64,000 bases of DNA. Source: Candidatus Latescibacterota bacterium. Its GTDB lineage: Bacteria > Latescibacterota > UBA2968 > UBA8231. This document shows, piece by piece, positions 1 through 9,284 of this stretch (its first letter is position 1; each line of letters starts with the position of its first letter). A model generated the notes under the pieces. That model was not told where the DNA came from, did not search any database, and worked only from the letters and a program-made list of their open reading frames with translations. The position numbers were made by a program, and so were the translations under genes. The stretch is from assembly GCA_965200315.1 (NCBI GenBank), contig OZ241362.1:1760001-1824000 (forward strand), in the 5' to 3' direction.

Positions 1-595
1 GCTCATGATCCCAGAAACGGAACGAGCGGAAACGGCCCAAGAGAAGGCAGAGTTGCCCCCTAGGGACACCCTCAATGGCCTCGACGCGGCCGCCCGTGGC
101 GCGGCCGAAGGCATGCACTTGGTCCTCAACATCCTCGCCATGCTCGTCGCCTTTCTCGGGCTAGTCGCCTTGGTCAACTACGGCCTGAGCTACCTCGACG
201 CCCTGTTCAACGGCGCACCGAGCGGCTGGAGCCTGCAAACCATAGCAGGCGTCCTCTTCCACCCCTTGACGTGGTTGATGGGCATCCCTTGGGCAGAAGC
301 GCGGCTCGTCGGCGAACTCATGGGCCTGAAGACTATTCTCAACGAATTCGTTGCCTACCTTGCGCTCGCTCAGCAAATGGAAGGCAATGCCGTCTTGAGC
401 ACACGCTCGTTCATCATCGCCACGTACGCCCTCTGCGGCTTTGCCAACTTCGGCTCGGTAGCTATTATGATCGGCGGCATCGGCGGCATCGCGCCCGAGC
501 GACGCGGCGACCTAGCGCGCTTGGGGCTGCGCTCGCTCGTGGGCGGTACGCTCGCGACCATGGCGACCGGCTGCGTGATTGGGCTATATCTGTGA
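1..595 (+). CDS. NupC/CNT family nucleoside transporter, C-terminal part (5' truncated by window edge)
   Basis: Motifs MIPETE, NILAMLVAFLGLVALVN, GLKTILNEFVAY and TYALCGFANFGS typical of the CNT C-terminal domain. Confidence 0.9.
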   Translation, partial: LMIPETERAETAQEKAELPPRDTLNGLDAAARGAAEGMHLVLNILAMLVAFLGLVALVNYGLSYLDALFNGAPSGWSLQTIAGVLFHPLTWLMGIPWAEARLVGELMGLKTILNEFVAYLALAQQMEGNAVLSTRSFIIATYALCGFANFGSVAIMIGGIGGIAPERRGDLARLGLRSLVGGTLATMATGCVIGLYL

Positions 596-660
596 AACTC
601 CAGCGGCACTTGGGGCGTTTTATACTATCTCTAGCTAATGCGAACTAATGCGAAAAGCAG

Positions 661-909
661 ATGACGACAAAAAAGACGACCTATCGCGCCCGGTTTGACG
701 GCCATCGGCGGCTCGCTGCCGCCGTCATCATCCAAGCCGTCAAAGACATGCAGACCGCGGATTGCAATCAAGAGCGGCAGACAGCTATCGACTTCCTCTC
801 AGGGGACATGTGGCCCTTTTCCGACGTGCTCGACCTGCCGTTAGACGGTCGCGCCCTCTGCGAGTACCTACGCACCATGGAGATCGCTTCCGCCGAATCG
901 CTTGGCTGA
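661..909 (+). CDS. Small hypothetical protein (82 aa)
   Basis: ATG ORF between two genes; RRLAAAVIIQAVKD...AIDFL...WPFS pattern resembles uncharacterised, often phage-linked, small proteins. Confidence 0.55.
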   Translation: MTTKKTTYRARFDGHRRLAAAVIIQAVKDMQTADCNQERQTAIDFLSGDMWPFSDVLDLPLDGRALCEYLRTMEIASAESLG

Positions 910-945
910 CCTACACAGAAGCGGTATCTTCCGTGGTGCATCTAA

Positions 946-971
946 CCTTCGGCTGAGCTTAGGTCGAAACC
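946..971 (+). repeat. Palindromic 26-bp element, intergenic copy (CCTTCGGCTGAGCTTAGGTCGAAACC)
   Basis: 24/26 identical to the copies at 7091 and 20999. Confidence 0.85.
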
Positions 972-985
972 CGGAGACGATCCCC

Positions 986-1798
986 ATGGAACTTTCGCCC
1001 GCGCAGATTCGCTTCTTCAAGAGCTTCGGCTATCTCTACTTTCCGCAGCTTTTCGCCGCCGATGAGATCGCTTGGATCACCGAGGAGTTTGAGCAATCCA
1101 TCCAAGCCTATGGCAACGGCGCGCAACACGACGGCAGCAAGCGCACCATGTTCGGCGGCCCCATTGAGCACCGCGAGCGGCTGTGTACTCTCGTAGACGA
1201 CGAGCGCATCGTCGGGATCTGCAACGGCGTCCTCGGCGAAAACTTCAACTACGCCAGCGGCGACGGCAACTATTACAGCGGCGATACTGGCTGGCACCCC
1301 GATGGCAATTGGGGTCAGCTTTTCTCGGTCAAAATCGCCTTCTACCTAGACGATCTGACCCGCGACACCGGCTGCCTGCGCATAATCCCCGGCAGCCACC
1401 ACCCCAACCATTTCGTCCGCGCCGAGGGCCTTGACCTTAACAACTCCTTGGAGTTATTCGGCATCGAGCCGCGCGACTTTCCCGGCAGCCTCGCGCTCGA
1501 GACAACCCCCGGCGACCTCGTCATCTTCAACCACGACCTCTATCACTCTTCCTTCGGCGGCAACCAGCGGCGGCGCATGTTTACCATGAACCTCACCCGC
1601 CCCTGCACCAACGACGCCGACCGAGCTACCCTCAGGGACTATCTCAGCCGGCACTCTCCCGGCGGCTACCAAGTCGTCACTGGCGGCGGCATGTTCTATC
1701 CCACCATGCTCGATACCGCCAGCCCGGAGCGCATGGTGCACTTGCGCCAATGCGCCGAAGTCCACGACGAACTCTTCCCAGAATTAGCGCCGCATTGA
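986..1798 (+). CDS. Phytanoyl-CoA dioxygenase (PhyH) family Fe/2OG dioxygenase
   Basis: WHPD, GCLRIIPGSH and HDLYHSS motifs; ATG at 986 preceded by GGAGA. Confidence 0.85.
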   Translation: MELSPAQIRFFKSFGYLYFPQLFAADEIAWITEEFEQSIQAYGNGAQHDGSKRTMFGGPIEHRERLCTLVDDERIVGICNGVLGENFNYASGDGNYYSGDTGWHPDGNWGQLFSVKIAFYLDDLTRDTGCLRIIPGSHHPNHFVRAEGLDLNNSLELFGIEPRDFPGSLALETTPGDLVIFNHDLYHSSFGGNQRRRMFTMNLTRPCTNDADRATLRDYLSRHSPGGYQVVTGGGMFYPTMLDTASPERMVHLRQCAEVHDELFPELAPH

Positions 1799-1829
1799 CG
1801 GCCAGCCCACTCGTGCAGATATTTTTTCT

Positions 1830-1905
<76 letters not shown>

Positions 1906-1910
1906 TCTTT

Positions 1911-1951
1911 GCCAAAGGGGGTGCGAACGCCGTTTCCGCACCCCCTTTGGC
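1911..1951 (+). terminator. Strong hairpin downstream of tRNA (terminator or processing stem)
   Basis: Perfect 15-bp inverted repeat GCCAAAGGGGGTGCG...CGCACCCCCTTTGGC; no clear U-tract after the stem. Confidence 0.6.
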
Positions 1952-2060
1952 CGCCAATTCGCGCCTTCCCATCGTCCTCCCCCATCCTTGACATCTCGCA
2001 GTTCAAAGCATAAAATAGCCCTCGTTTCGGCCGCCTTAGCACCTCCCATTCCTCATCGCC

Positions 2061-2867
2061 ATGGCCAACTCCATAGCCAAACTGGAAAAAGCACTCCGGC
2101 GCGACCCGGATTCCCCGCGCTTTGCCCGCCTCGCCGATCTCTATCTCAAGCACGGACGCATTGAGCAGGCCCTCGAGCTTTGCCAAAAGGGCTGTGTGAG
2201 TTTTCCCGATTACGCCACCGGCTTTGTCGTCCTCAGCAAGTGCTATGAGAAACGAGGGGACTTAGAAGAAGCGCGCGAGGCCATGGGACAAGCTCTGCGA
2301 ATCGACCCAGAAAACCCCAGTGGGTACAAGCGCCTCGCCCACCTTTTTGAGCAACTCGACGTCGCGCCACTGGTCTTGCAAAGTCTGCGCCAAGCCGCGT
2401 ATTTCGACCCTTTCGACACCTCTCTAGCCGAGCAAATCGACCGCTTCTCCAGCCAAACCCACCAAGAGGCACCAACGCCCGAACCCGAAGAGGTCGTCGC
2501 TAGCACGGCCCCGGTCGAAGCCACTCAGCCCCAAGCACTGCCGCCGAACCAGGCACCGGACGACCGCGACGACCTGTACGGCGACACCGACGACCGCGAA
2601 CTGCTCCGCCTCTTGCAGGAGATCGAAGAGGAGGAAGCCGCCGAACCAGCGCCCGAACCCGAAGAGCCACCCCCCCCGGCCGACAGCGAGCCAAGCGCAC
2701 CGAAAAGCAAGCGCATTGCCACCATGACGCTGGCCGAGATCTACACCACGCAGGGCTTGACCCAAAAGGCGATCGAAACGTATCGCGAGCTGCTCGAAAA
2801 GGAGCCGAACAACACCATCATCCGCAGCAAGCTAGCTTCGCTAGAACAAAGCAGCAAAGCACACTAA
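2061..2867 (+). CDS. Tetratricopeptide repeat protein
   Basis: N-terminal TPRs (FARLADLY..G..EQA), acidic/Pro linker, C-terminal TLAEIY..QG...KAI..Y TPR. Confidence 0.85.
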   Translation: MANSIAKLEKALRRDPDSPRFARLADLYLKHGRIEQALELCQKGCVSFPDYATGFVVLSKCYEKRGDLEEAREAMGQALRIDPENPSGYKRLAHLFEQLDVAPLVLQSLRQAAYFDPFDTSLAEQIDRFSSQTHQEAPTPEPEEVVASTAPVEATQPQALPPNQAPDDRDDLYGDTDDRELLRLLQEIEEEEAAEPAPEPEEPPPPADSEPSAPKSKRIATMTLAEIYTTQGLTQKAIETYRELLEKEPNNTIIRSKLASLEQSSKAH

Positions 2868-2877
2868 CGGGAGCGAT

Positions 2878-3435
2878 ATGGCAGACACCACGGATTTTAG
2901 AAACGGCTTTACCATGTCCCTTGACGGTGAGATATTCTCCATCGTCGAATTTCAGCATGTCAAGCCGGGCAAGGGCAGCGCCTTCGTGCGCACTAAGCTC
3001 AAAAACACCAAGACAGGTGCCGTGCTCGACCGCACCTTCCGCTCGGGCGACAAAGTCGAGCAAATCCGACTCGAAAAGCGCCAGATGCAGTACCTATATT
3101 CCGACCAAGGGCTGTACTACTTCATGGACTTGGATACCTACGATCAGATCCCGGTGTCCGCCGAGACCGTCGGCACAGCCAGCGCGCTCCTCAAAGAAAG
3201 CGAGAACGCCTTCCTCCTCGTAGCGGGCGAGGAGATCGTCTCCGTCGAACTACCCAACTTCGTTTCCCTTGTCGTCACCCACACCGAACCGGGCGTCAAG
3301 GGCGACACCGCCACCGGTGCGGTCAAGCCAGCCACCCTAGAAACCGGCTACGTGGTGCAAGTACCGCTCTTTATCAACAAGGGCGACCGGCTCAAGGTCG
3401 ATACCCGCACGGGCGAATACGTAGAGCGCGTTTGA
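2878..3435 (+). CDS. efp: Elongation factor P
   Basis: HVKPGKG, GDTA, KPATLETG, VDTRTGEY. Confidence 0.98.
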   Translation: MADTTDFRNGFTMSLDGEIFSIVEFQHVKPGKGSAFVRTKLKNTKTGAVLDRTFRSGDKVEQIRLEKRQMQYLYSDQGLYYFMDLDTYDQIPVSAETVGTASALLKESENAFLLVAGEEIVSVELPNFVSLVVTHTEPGVKGDTATGAVKPATLETGYVVQVPLFINKGDRLKVDTRTGEYVERV

Positions 3436-3453
3436 GAAAGGACGACACCTCCT

Positions 3454-3918
3454 GTGAACGAAGACAAGCTCCGCAAACTGCTAGCGCTTTTTCACGATAG
3501 CGACATAGAAGAGCTAGAGGTCCAACACAGCTTCTGGCACGGCACACGCATCCGCTTAACTCGCAGGCGTGCGCCCTCCCCTGTGGCCCCTGCTGCCTCC
3601 ATGCCCGTTGCGCCCATGGTGTCCACTGCGCCCACTGAGCCTACGGCCCCAGCACCCCCTGAAAAGACCGACGACGGCCTCCACGAGGTGCTATCGCCCA
3701 TGGTCGGCACGTTTTACCGGGCCGCCTCACCCGAAGCCGATCCCTTTGTGCGCGAGGGAAATCGCATCGAAAACGGTCAGACCCTCTGCATCGTTGAGGC
3801 CATGAAGATCATGAACGAGATTCCAGCGGATGTCCGAGGCGAAGTAGTCGAAATCCTCGTCGGCGACGCCCAGCCTGTTGAATACAACCAAGCGCTGTTC
3901 AAAATTCGCCCTGACTAA
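3454..3918 (+). CDS. accB: Acetyl-CoA carboxylase biotin carboxyl carrier protein
   Basis: SPMVGTFY and EAMKIMNEI biotinylation motif; Pro/Ala linker. Confidence 0.96.
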   Translation: MNEDKLRKLLALFHDSDIEELEVQHSFWHGTRIRLTRRRAPSPVAPAASMPVAPMVSTAPTEPTAPAPPEKTDDGLHEVLSPMVGTFYRAASPEADPFVREGNRIENGQTLCIVEAMKIMNEIPADVRGEVVEILVGDAQPVEYNQALFKIRPD

Positions 3919-3924
3919 GAGGCT

Positions 3925-5271
3925 GTGTTCAAGAAAATCCTCATTGCCGACCGCGGCGAAATCGCGCTGCGCGTCATCCGCGCCTGCAAGGAAATGGGCA
4001 TCGCGACGGTGGCTGTCCACTCCCAAGCCGACACCTGCTCCTTGCACGTATCGTTTGCCGACGAGGACGTCTGCATCGGGCCGGCGGCTGGCAAAGATAG
4101 CTACCGCAACATCGTCAATATCATCAGCGCCGCCCAACTGACCAACGCCGACGCGATCCACCCCGGCTATGGCCCCTTGGCCGAAAACGCCGACTTCTCC
4201 GAAATCTGCGCCGATTGCGGCATCCAGTTCATCGGCCCGCCGACTGAGGCCATCCGCAAAATGGGCGACAAGGCCGTCGCCCGCCACACCATGCAGGAGG
4301 CCGGCGTACCCGTAGTGCCGGGCAGCGAGGGCGCGCTCCACTCGCTAGACGACGCCCGTCAATGGGCGAAAAAAGTCGGCTTCCCGCTACGGCTTAAGGC
4401 GGCGGCTGGCGGCGGTGGGCGCGGGATGCGAGTCGTCCGCGCAATGGATGAATTGGAGGAAGCTTGGCAGATGGCGCGCCGCGAAGCGCGCACCGCTTTT
4501 ACCAGCGACGCCGTGTACATGGAGCGCTCCATTGAAGAGGCGCGCCACATCGAAATCCAAGTTCTCGGCGACCAGCACGGGCATCTCGTCCACCTCGGCG
4601 AGCGCGAGTGCTCCATTCAGCGACGGCACCAAAAGCTCTTGGAAGAAAGCCCCTCGCCGGTAGTTGACCCCGACTTGCGCCAGCAGCTTGGCGCGTCCGC
4701 CCTCGCCGGAGCCGCCGCGGTCGGCTACTACAGCGCGGGCACCATTGAACTCCTCGTCGATTCAGACCACAACTTCTACTTCATGGAGATGAATACCCGC
4801 ATCCAAGTCGAACATCCGGTTACTGAGATGGTCGCCGGCATCGATTTAGTCGGGGAACAGATTCGCATCGCGGCCGGCGAATCCCTCTGCTTTAGCCAAG
4901 AAGACGTCCAACTCACCGGGCACGCCATTGAATGCCGGATTAACGCCGAGGACCCCACACGCAACTTCATTCCCTCCTCGGGCATCATCGAAGCTCTCCA
5001 CCTGCCGGGCGGCCCCGGCGTCCGCATCGACAGCCACATCTACCAAGGCTATGAGATTCCTCCTTACTACGATTCCCTGCTGGCCAAAATCATCGCCTAC
5101 GGCACCGATCGCCAAAGTGCCATAGCGCGGATGCGTCGCATCTTAGGCGAATGCACAATAGAAGGCGTGGCCACCACCTTGCCCTTTCACCGAACCCTAC
5201 TCACCGAACCCGACTTTATCGCCGGGCAATTCGACACCAACTACGTAGCCAACTCAAAGTGGTCGTCTTAA
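3925..5271 (+). CDS. accC: Acetyl-CoA carboxylase biotin carboxylase
   Basis: RGEIALR, GGGGRGMR, ERECSIQRRHQK, EMNTRIQVEH, YYDSLLAK. Confidence 0.96.
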   Translation: MFKKILIADRGEIALRVIRACKEMGIATVAVHSQADTCSLHVSFADEDVCIGPAAGKDSYRNIVNIISAAQLTNADAIHPGYGPLAENADFSEICADCGIQFIGPPTEAIRKMGDKAVARHTMQEAGVPVVPGSEGALHSLDDARQWAKKVGFPLRLKAAAGGGGRGMRVVRAMDELEEAWQMARREARTAFTSDAVYMERSIEEARHIEIQVLGDQHGHLVHLGERECSIQRRHQKLLEESPSPVVDPDLRQQLGASALAGAAAVGYYSAGTIELLVDSDHNFYFMEMNTRIQVEHPVTEMVAGIDLVGEQIRIAAGESLCFSQEDVQLTGHAIECRINAEDPTRNFIPSSGIIEALHLPGGPGVRIDSHIYQGYEIPPYYDSLLAKIIAYGTDRQSAIARMRRILGECTIEGVATTLPFHRTLLTEPDFIAGQFDTNYVANSKWSS

Positions 5272-5290
5272 GCAAGCACGAGAGGCAATT

Positions 5291-5683
5291 ATGAACCAGA
5301 CCCAGATTCCCGAGCACTTGATCTACTCGGAAAGCCACGAATGGCTTCAGCTGGAAAGCGACATCGCCACTATCGGCATTACGGATTTCGCGCAAACCGA
5401 GTTGGGCGACATCGTATTCGCCGAGTTGCCCGAGGTGGGCGAACACCTCGAACGAGGCGAGACCTTTGGCACGCTTGAGGCGGTTAAGACCGTTGCCGAC
5501 CTGATCGCCCCGGCTTCCGGCGAGGTGCTTGAAGTCAACGACAGCCTCGCGGAAGAAGCCGAACAGATCAACGAAGACCCTTACGGCGGCGGTTGGCTGC
5601 TCAAAATCCGCATCAACGACTCTGCGGACTTGGAGGACTTGCTCAGCGCCCAAGACTACGCCGACCTGATCGCCGATCATTGA
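5291..5683 (+). CDS. gcvH: Glycine cleavage system H protein
   Basis: SHEW, GITDFAQTELGDIVF, lipoyl EAVK, INEDPYGGGW. Confidence 0.96.
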   Translation: MNQTQIPEHLIYSESHEWLQLESDIATIGITDFAQTELGDIVFAELPEVGEHLERGETFGTLEAVKTVADLIAPASGEVLEVNDSLAEEAEQINEDPYGGGWLLKIRINDSADLEDLLSAQDYADLIADH

Positions 5684-5811
5684 CCTTGCATTTGTTCACT
5701 ATAAGTGCGCTTTTAAGGAATGTGTATTGTATCATGGGAAGCTGGATAATAAATCCAATCCCGAGTATTGGAACATGCCAAAAGTAGCTTAAATTTAATT
5801 AGCTCTACCCT

Positions 5812-6327
5812 GTGAATAGACTCTTGTTGGAAAGAACTGTACTCGTCCTCAATCAAAACTACGAGCCCTTGAGCGTATGCAGCGTGCGCCGGGCCTTACT
5901 GCTGATTTTGCGCGGCAAGGCCGAAGCCGTCGAGAAGATGAATGAGGTAATCCATGCGGTCTCCCAAGAGTATCCGGTGCCCAGCGTCGTCCGTCTAGGG
6001 CGCTACATCCGCGCACCGCGCCGACGAGTCGTGCTGTCCAAGCGCAACATCCTCAAGCGCGACAACCACCAGTGCCAGTACTGCGGCAGCAAAGACGGTA
6101 AGCTAACGGTCGATCACATTGTGCCGCGCACCAAAGGAGGCCAAGGGACTTGGGAAAACCTCGTCTGCGCCTGCGCCCTGTGCAACAACAAGAAAGGCGA
6201 ATACCGGCCCGAGCAGGTCGGCCTCGTGCTGCGCAGCAAACCCAAGCGCCCCAATAACGTGAGCTTCATCCGCAATTTCGTCGGCATCGACGATCAGCGC
6301 TGGAAACCCTATCTTTTTATCGACTAA
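5812..6327 (+). CDS. HNH endonuclease (McrA-like)
   Basis: LVLNQNYEPL, RD.H.CQYCG, TVDHIVPR, WENLVCAC..CNNKK. Confidence 0.92.
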   Translation: MNRLLLERTVLVLNQNYEPLSVCSVRRALLLILRGKAEAVEKMNEVIHAVSQEYPVPSVVRLGRYIRAPRRRVVLSKRNILKRDNHQCQYCGSKDGKLTVDHIVPRTKGGQGTWENLVCACALCNNKKGEYRPEQVGLVLRSKPKRPNNVSFIRNFVGIDDQRWKPYLFID

Positions 6328-6340
6328 GGCAGGCGCTCTC

Positions 6341-7153
6341 ATGGAACGCGACGCAATCGAACAGGAAGAAGCGGCTCTCTACGAAGTCAAGCTCGACGTC
6401 TTTGAAGGTCCGATGGACCTGTTGCTCTATCTGATACGCAAAGACGAGTTAGACATCTACGACATTCCCATCGCCCACATCACCACCCAGTACTTGGGCT
6501 TCTTGCAACACATCCACCAACTCGACATTGAACAGGCCAGCGACTTCATCCTCATGGCCGCCACCCTACTGAGGATCAAGTCGCAGATGATGTTGCCCCG
6601 CGAAGAACTTGGTCTCGACAGCGAGGGCGAGGGCGAGGCGGATCCACAGGCCGATCTGATCCGCCGCCTGCTAGAGTATCAGCAGTTTAAGGACATTGCC
6701 GACTGGCTCGGCGTGCGTAAAGACGAGCGGCGCGATGTGTACCTGCGCCGCCAAGGGCCTAGCGATGGCGTCGAGGAGTCGGCCCAGCTACGGCCTATAT
6801 CCCTCTTCGACCTCTTGGTCGTGTACAAGCACGTGCTCGACACGGTGCCCGAAAACTTGGTCCACCAAATCGTCGACGAAGAAGTCTCGGTCGCCGAGTG
6901 CATCAACTACCTGTTGGCAGTGCTTGAGCGCAACTCGCGCATCAACTTCATGGACTTGCTCCAAGGCCGCGACCGCCAAGCCCTAATCGCCACCTTCGTC
7001 GGGGTTCTAGAACTGCTCAAGACGCAGCGCGTCCGCGTGCAGCAGGCGCGGCCCTTCGACGAGATCTGGATCGAGCAATCGCCACCCCAACCTTCGGCTG
7101 AGCTCAGGTCGAAGCCAACCGCAGCGGGGGCTGTGCAGACCCGTGAGTCATGA
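6341..7153 (+). CDS. scpA: Segregation and condensation protein A
   Basis: FEGPMDLLLYLIRK.ELDIYDIPI, FILMAATLL.IKS. Confidence 0.95.
   Translation: MERDAIEQEEAALYEVKLDVFEGPMDLLLYLIRKDELDIYDIPIAHITTQYLGFLQHIHQLDIEQASDFILMAATLLRIKSQMMLPREELGLDSEGEGEADPQADLIRRLLEYQQFKDIADWLGVRKDERRDVYLRRQGPSDGVEESAQLRPISLFDLLVVYKHVLDTVPENLVHQIVDEEVSVAECINYLLAVLERNSRINFMDLLQGRDRQALIATFVGVLELLKTQRVRVQQARPFDEIWIEQSPPQPSAELRSKPTAAGAVQTRES
7091..7116 (+). repeat. Palindromic 26-bp element in frame within scpA (PSAELRSKP)
   Basis: CCTTCGGCTGAGCTCAGGTCGAAGCC, identical to the copy in priA. Confidence 0.9.
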
Positions 7154-7799
7154 ATCCACAGCGGCCTCGCGCGACGTCAACCCTGCGCGGGCGCGGGCTA
7201 TCATTGAGGCCATCCTGCTAACCGCAACCGAGCCGGTAACCCCAGGTCGCCTCGTCGATCTGCTCGCCGGGTACAACGGCCGCGATATCCGCGAGGCCAT
7301 CGACGCGCTCAACGCCCAGTACGAAGCGGCCGGGCACGGAATCGAAGTCGTCGAATTGGCCGGCGGCTATCAACTCGCCTCGCGCCAGCAATGCGGCCCT
7401 TGGCTGCGCAAGTACCACAAGACCTCGCGCCAAGTCCGCCTCACGCCAGCGGGCCTCGAAGTCCTCTCCATCGTCGCCTTCAAGCAGCCAGTGACCCGCG
7501 TCGAGATCGACAACATCCGCGGCGTTAGTTCGGCCAGCGTGTTGCAAACGCTGATGGAACTCAACATGGTCCGCCTCGCTGGCCGCTCCGAGGGCATTGG
7601 CAAACCCATGCTCTTTGGCACGACCCGAGAATTTTTGGTTCACTTTGGGCTGCGGGGGCTGGGCGAATTGCCCAAGCCCAAGGAATTAGCAGAGCTGCTC
7701 GCCGAGGGCCAGCAGCCCACTGCCGCCCGCCAACTCGCCTCCGAGTTGAATGAGTTGCAAAAGCAGGCCGAGGAAGGGGGCGCAAGTGAACGCTCCTGA
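7143..7799 (+). CDS. scpB: SMC-Scp complex subunit ScpB
   Basis: LEVLSIVAFKQPVTR.EI..IRGV, GKP.LFGTT..FL.HFGL. Confidence 0.95.
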   Translation: MSHESTAASRDVNPARARAIIEAILLTATEPVTPGRLVDLLAGYNGRDIREAIDALNAQYEAAGHGIEVVELAGGYQLASRQQCGPWLRKYHKTSRQVRLTPAGLEVLSIVAFKQPVTRVEIDNIRGVSSASVLQTLMELNMVRLAGRSEGIGKPMLFGTTREFLVHFGLRGLGELPKPKELAELLAEGQQPTAARQLASELNELQKQAEEGGASERS

Positions 7800-8535
7800 G
7801 CCGCAAATGCGCCTCAACCGGTTCTTGGCTCGCTGCGGAGTGGCCTCGCGCCGCCACAGCGATGCGCTGATCCAAAGCGGTGCCGTGCGCGTCAACGGCG
7901 AGGTCGTCGCCGAGCCGGGGCGAGTGGTCGCAGTGAGAGCCGACCGAGTAGAGTGCCACGGCCGGGTCCTCATCCTGCCCGGCCAGTACGAATACGTGCT
8001 TTTGCACAAGCCGGCCGGATATCTAGTCACCCGCACCGACCCACGCGACCGTCCCACGGTTTTCGACCTTTTGCCCGACCTCCACCCAGGCACCGTACCC
8101 GTCGGTCGTCTCGACCTCGACACCACCGGGCTTTTGCTGCTGACCGACGACGGTGCCCTCGGCCATCGGCTGCTGCACCCGCGCTTCGTCGTCACCAAGC
8201 GCTACGAGGCCATCGTCAGCGGCGACCCGCACGAAGCCCAACTCGACCGGCTGCGCGCAGGCATCGCACTCGGCGACGGCCCCACAGCACCGGCTCAGGT
8301 GCAAGTCGAGGAGCGCTGGACCCGTGGTTGGATCAAGCAAGCGCGGCTGAGCCTTTGCATTCACGAGGGGCGCAAGCGTCAAGTCCGCCGCATGCTCCGC
8401 GCCGTCGGCTACCCAGTGCGGCAATTGACGCGGGTCGAATTTGCCGGGCTGACCCTCGGCCCACTCGCCGCCGGCCAGCACCGCCGCCTCAGCCTCGGGG
8501 AAGTTCGCCGTCTCAAAACCGAGGTTGGCTTGTGA
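7786..8535 (+). CDS. rluB: rRNA pseudouridine synthase (RluB/RsuA family)
   Basis: S4 domain RLNRFLA..GVASRR, catalytic GRLD, EGRKRQVRRM; GTG start after AGGAAGG. Confidence 0.9.
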   Translation: MNAPEPQMRLNRFLARCGVASRRHSDALIQSGAVRVNGEVVAEPGRVVAVRADRVECHGRVLILPGQYEYVLLHKPAGYLVTRTDPRDRPTVFDLLPDLHPGTVPVGRLDLDTTGLLLLTDDGALGHRLLHPRFVVTKRYEAIVSGDPHEAQLDRLRAGIALGDGPTAPAQVQVEERWTRGWIKQARLSLCIHEGRKRQVRRMLRAVGYPVRQLTRVEFAGLTLGPLAAGQHRRLSLGEVRRLKTEVGL

Positions 8536-9203
8536 AACGGCGCGGGCTAGTCATCGCCATTGACGGCACGGTCGGCACCGGCAAGACCACTACGGCGCGG
8601 CGGGTAGCTGAGCGGTTGGGCTATCGCCACCTCGACACCGGAGCCATGTACCGGGCCGTGGCCTTAGCGGCGACCCGTCGCGGGGTAGCCCCCGAGGACG
8701 AGGACGCGCTGAAGGTCCTATTGGCGACCGCGACCATAGACTTGGACTCTGGCTGGGGGCGCGTTCTTCTCGACGGACAGGACATCAGCGAGGCCATTCG
8801 CCAGCCCGACATCACCCGCCGAGCGGGTGCATACGCAAATGTGCCCTTGGTCCGCCACTCCTTGGTCGCCCAGCAGCAGCAGTTGGGGCGGGAAGGCGGC
8901 GTAGTCGCCGAAGGGCGCGACACAGCCGCGGTGGTCTTTCCCGCTGCCGAGCTAAAAATCGCCTTGGTCGCCGACCTCGATGAGCGCACCCGGCGGCGGC
9001 ATCGGGAGTTGACCACCAAAGGAGTGTGTATCACATTGGAACAAGTCCGCTCCGATATCCAAACTCGAGACCGGCAAGACGCCGAGCGCGACTACGGAGG
9101 TACGAGCGCAGCGGCCGAGATCGTCGAGATCGACACGACTCGCATGACTTTGGAAGCCCAAGTCGATTGCGTCGTCGCATTGGCCCGCCAACGCGGTGCC
9201 TAA
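8532..9203 (+). CDS. cmk: Cytidylate kinase
   Basis: IAIDG..GTGKTT, LDTGAMYRA, EGRD; GTG overlaps the rluB stop. Confidence 0.93.
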   Translation: MKRRGLVIAIDGTVGTGKTTTARRVAERLGYRHLDTGAMYRAVALAATRRGVAPEDEDALKVLLATATIDLDSGWGRVLLDGQDISEAIRQPDITRRAGAYANVPLVRHSLVAQQQQLGREGGVVAEGRDTAAVVFPAAELKIALVADLDERTRRRHRELTTKGVCITLEQVRSDIQTRDRQDAERDYGGTSAAAEIVEIDTTRMTLEAQVDCVVALARQRGA

Positions 9204-9284
9204 CTCTGGTGCGGAAAGCCCGCGCCAGTATTACACTACGCGAAGTGCGCGCTTCGCCTTAACCTTTTTGAGGATCTGCGCAAC

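Noticed and set aside
5812-6327. HNH protein as IscB/Cas9-like or a mobile endonuclease
   Set aside because: Only 171 aa, no RuvC motifs, housekeeping context.
7953-8531. Long N-terminal ORF extensions (cmk; similarly lptD, priA, OMP, sialidase, HAD)
   Set aside because: They overlap neighbouring genes or intergenic DNA; downstream coupled starts fit the known family lengths.
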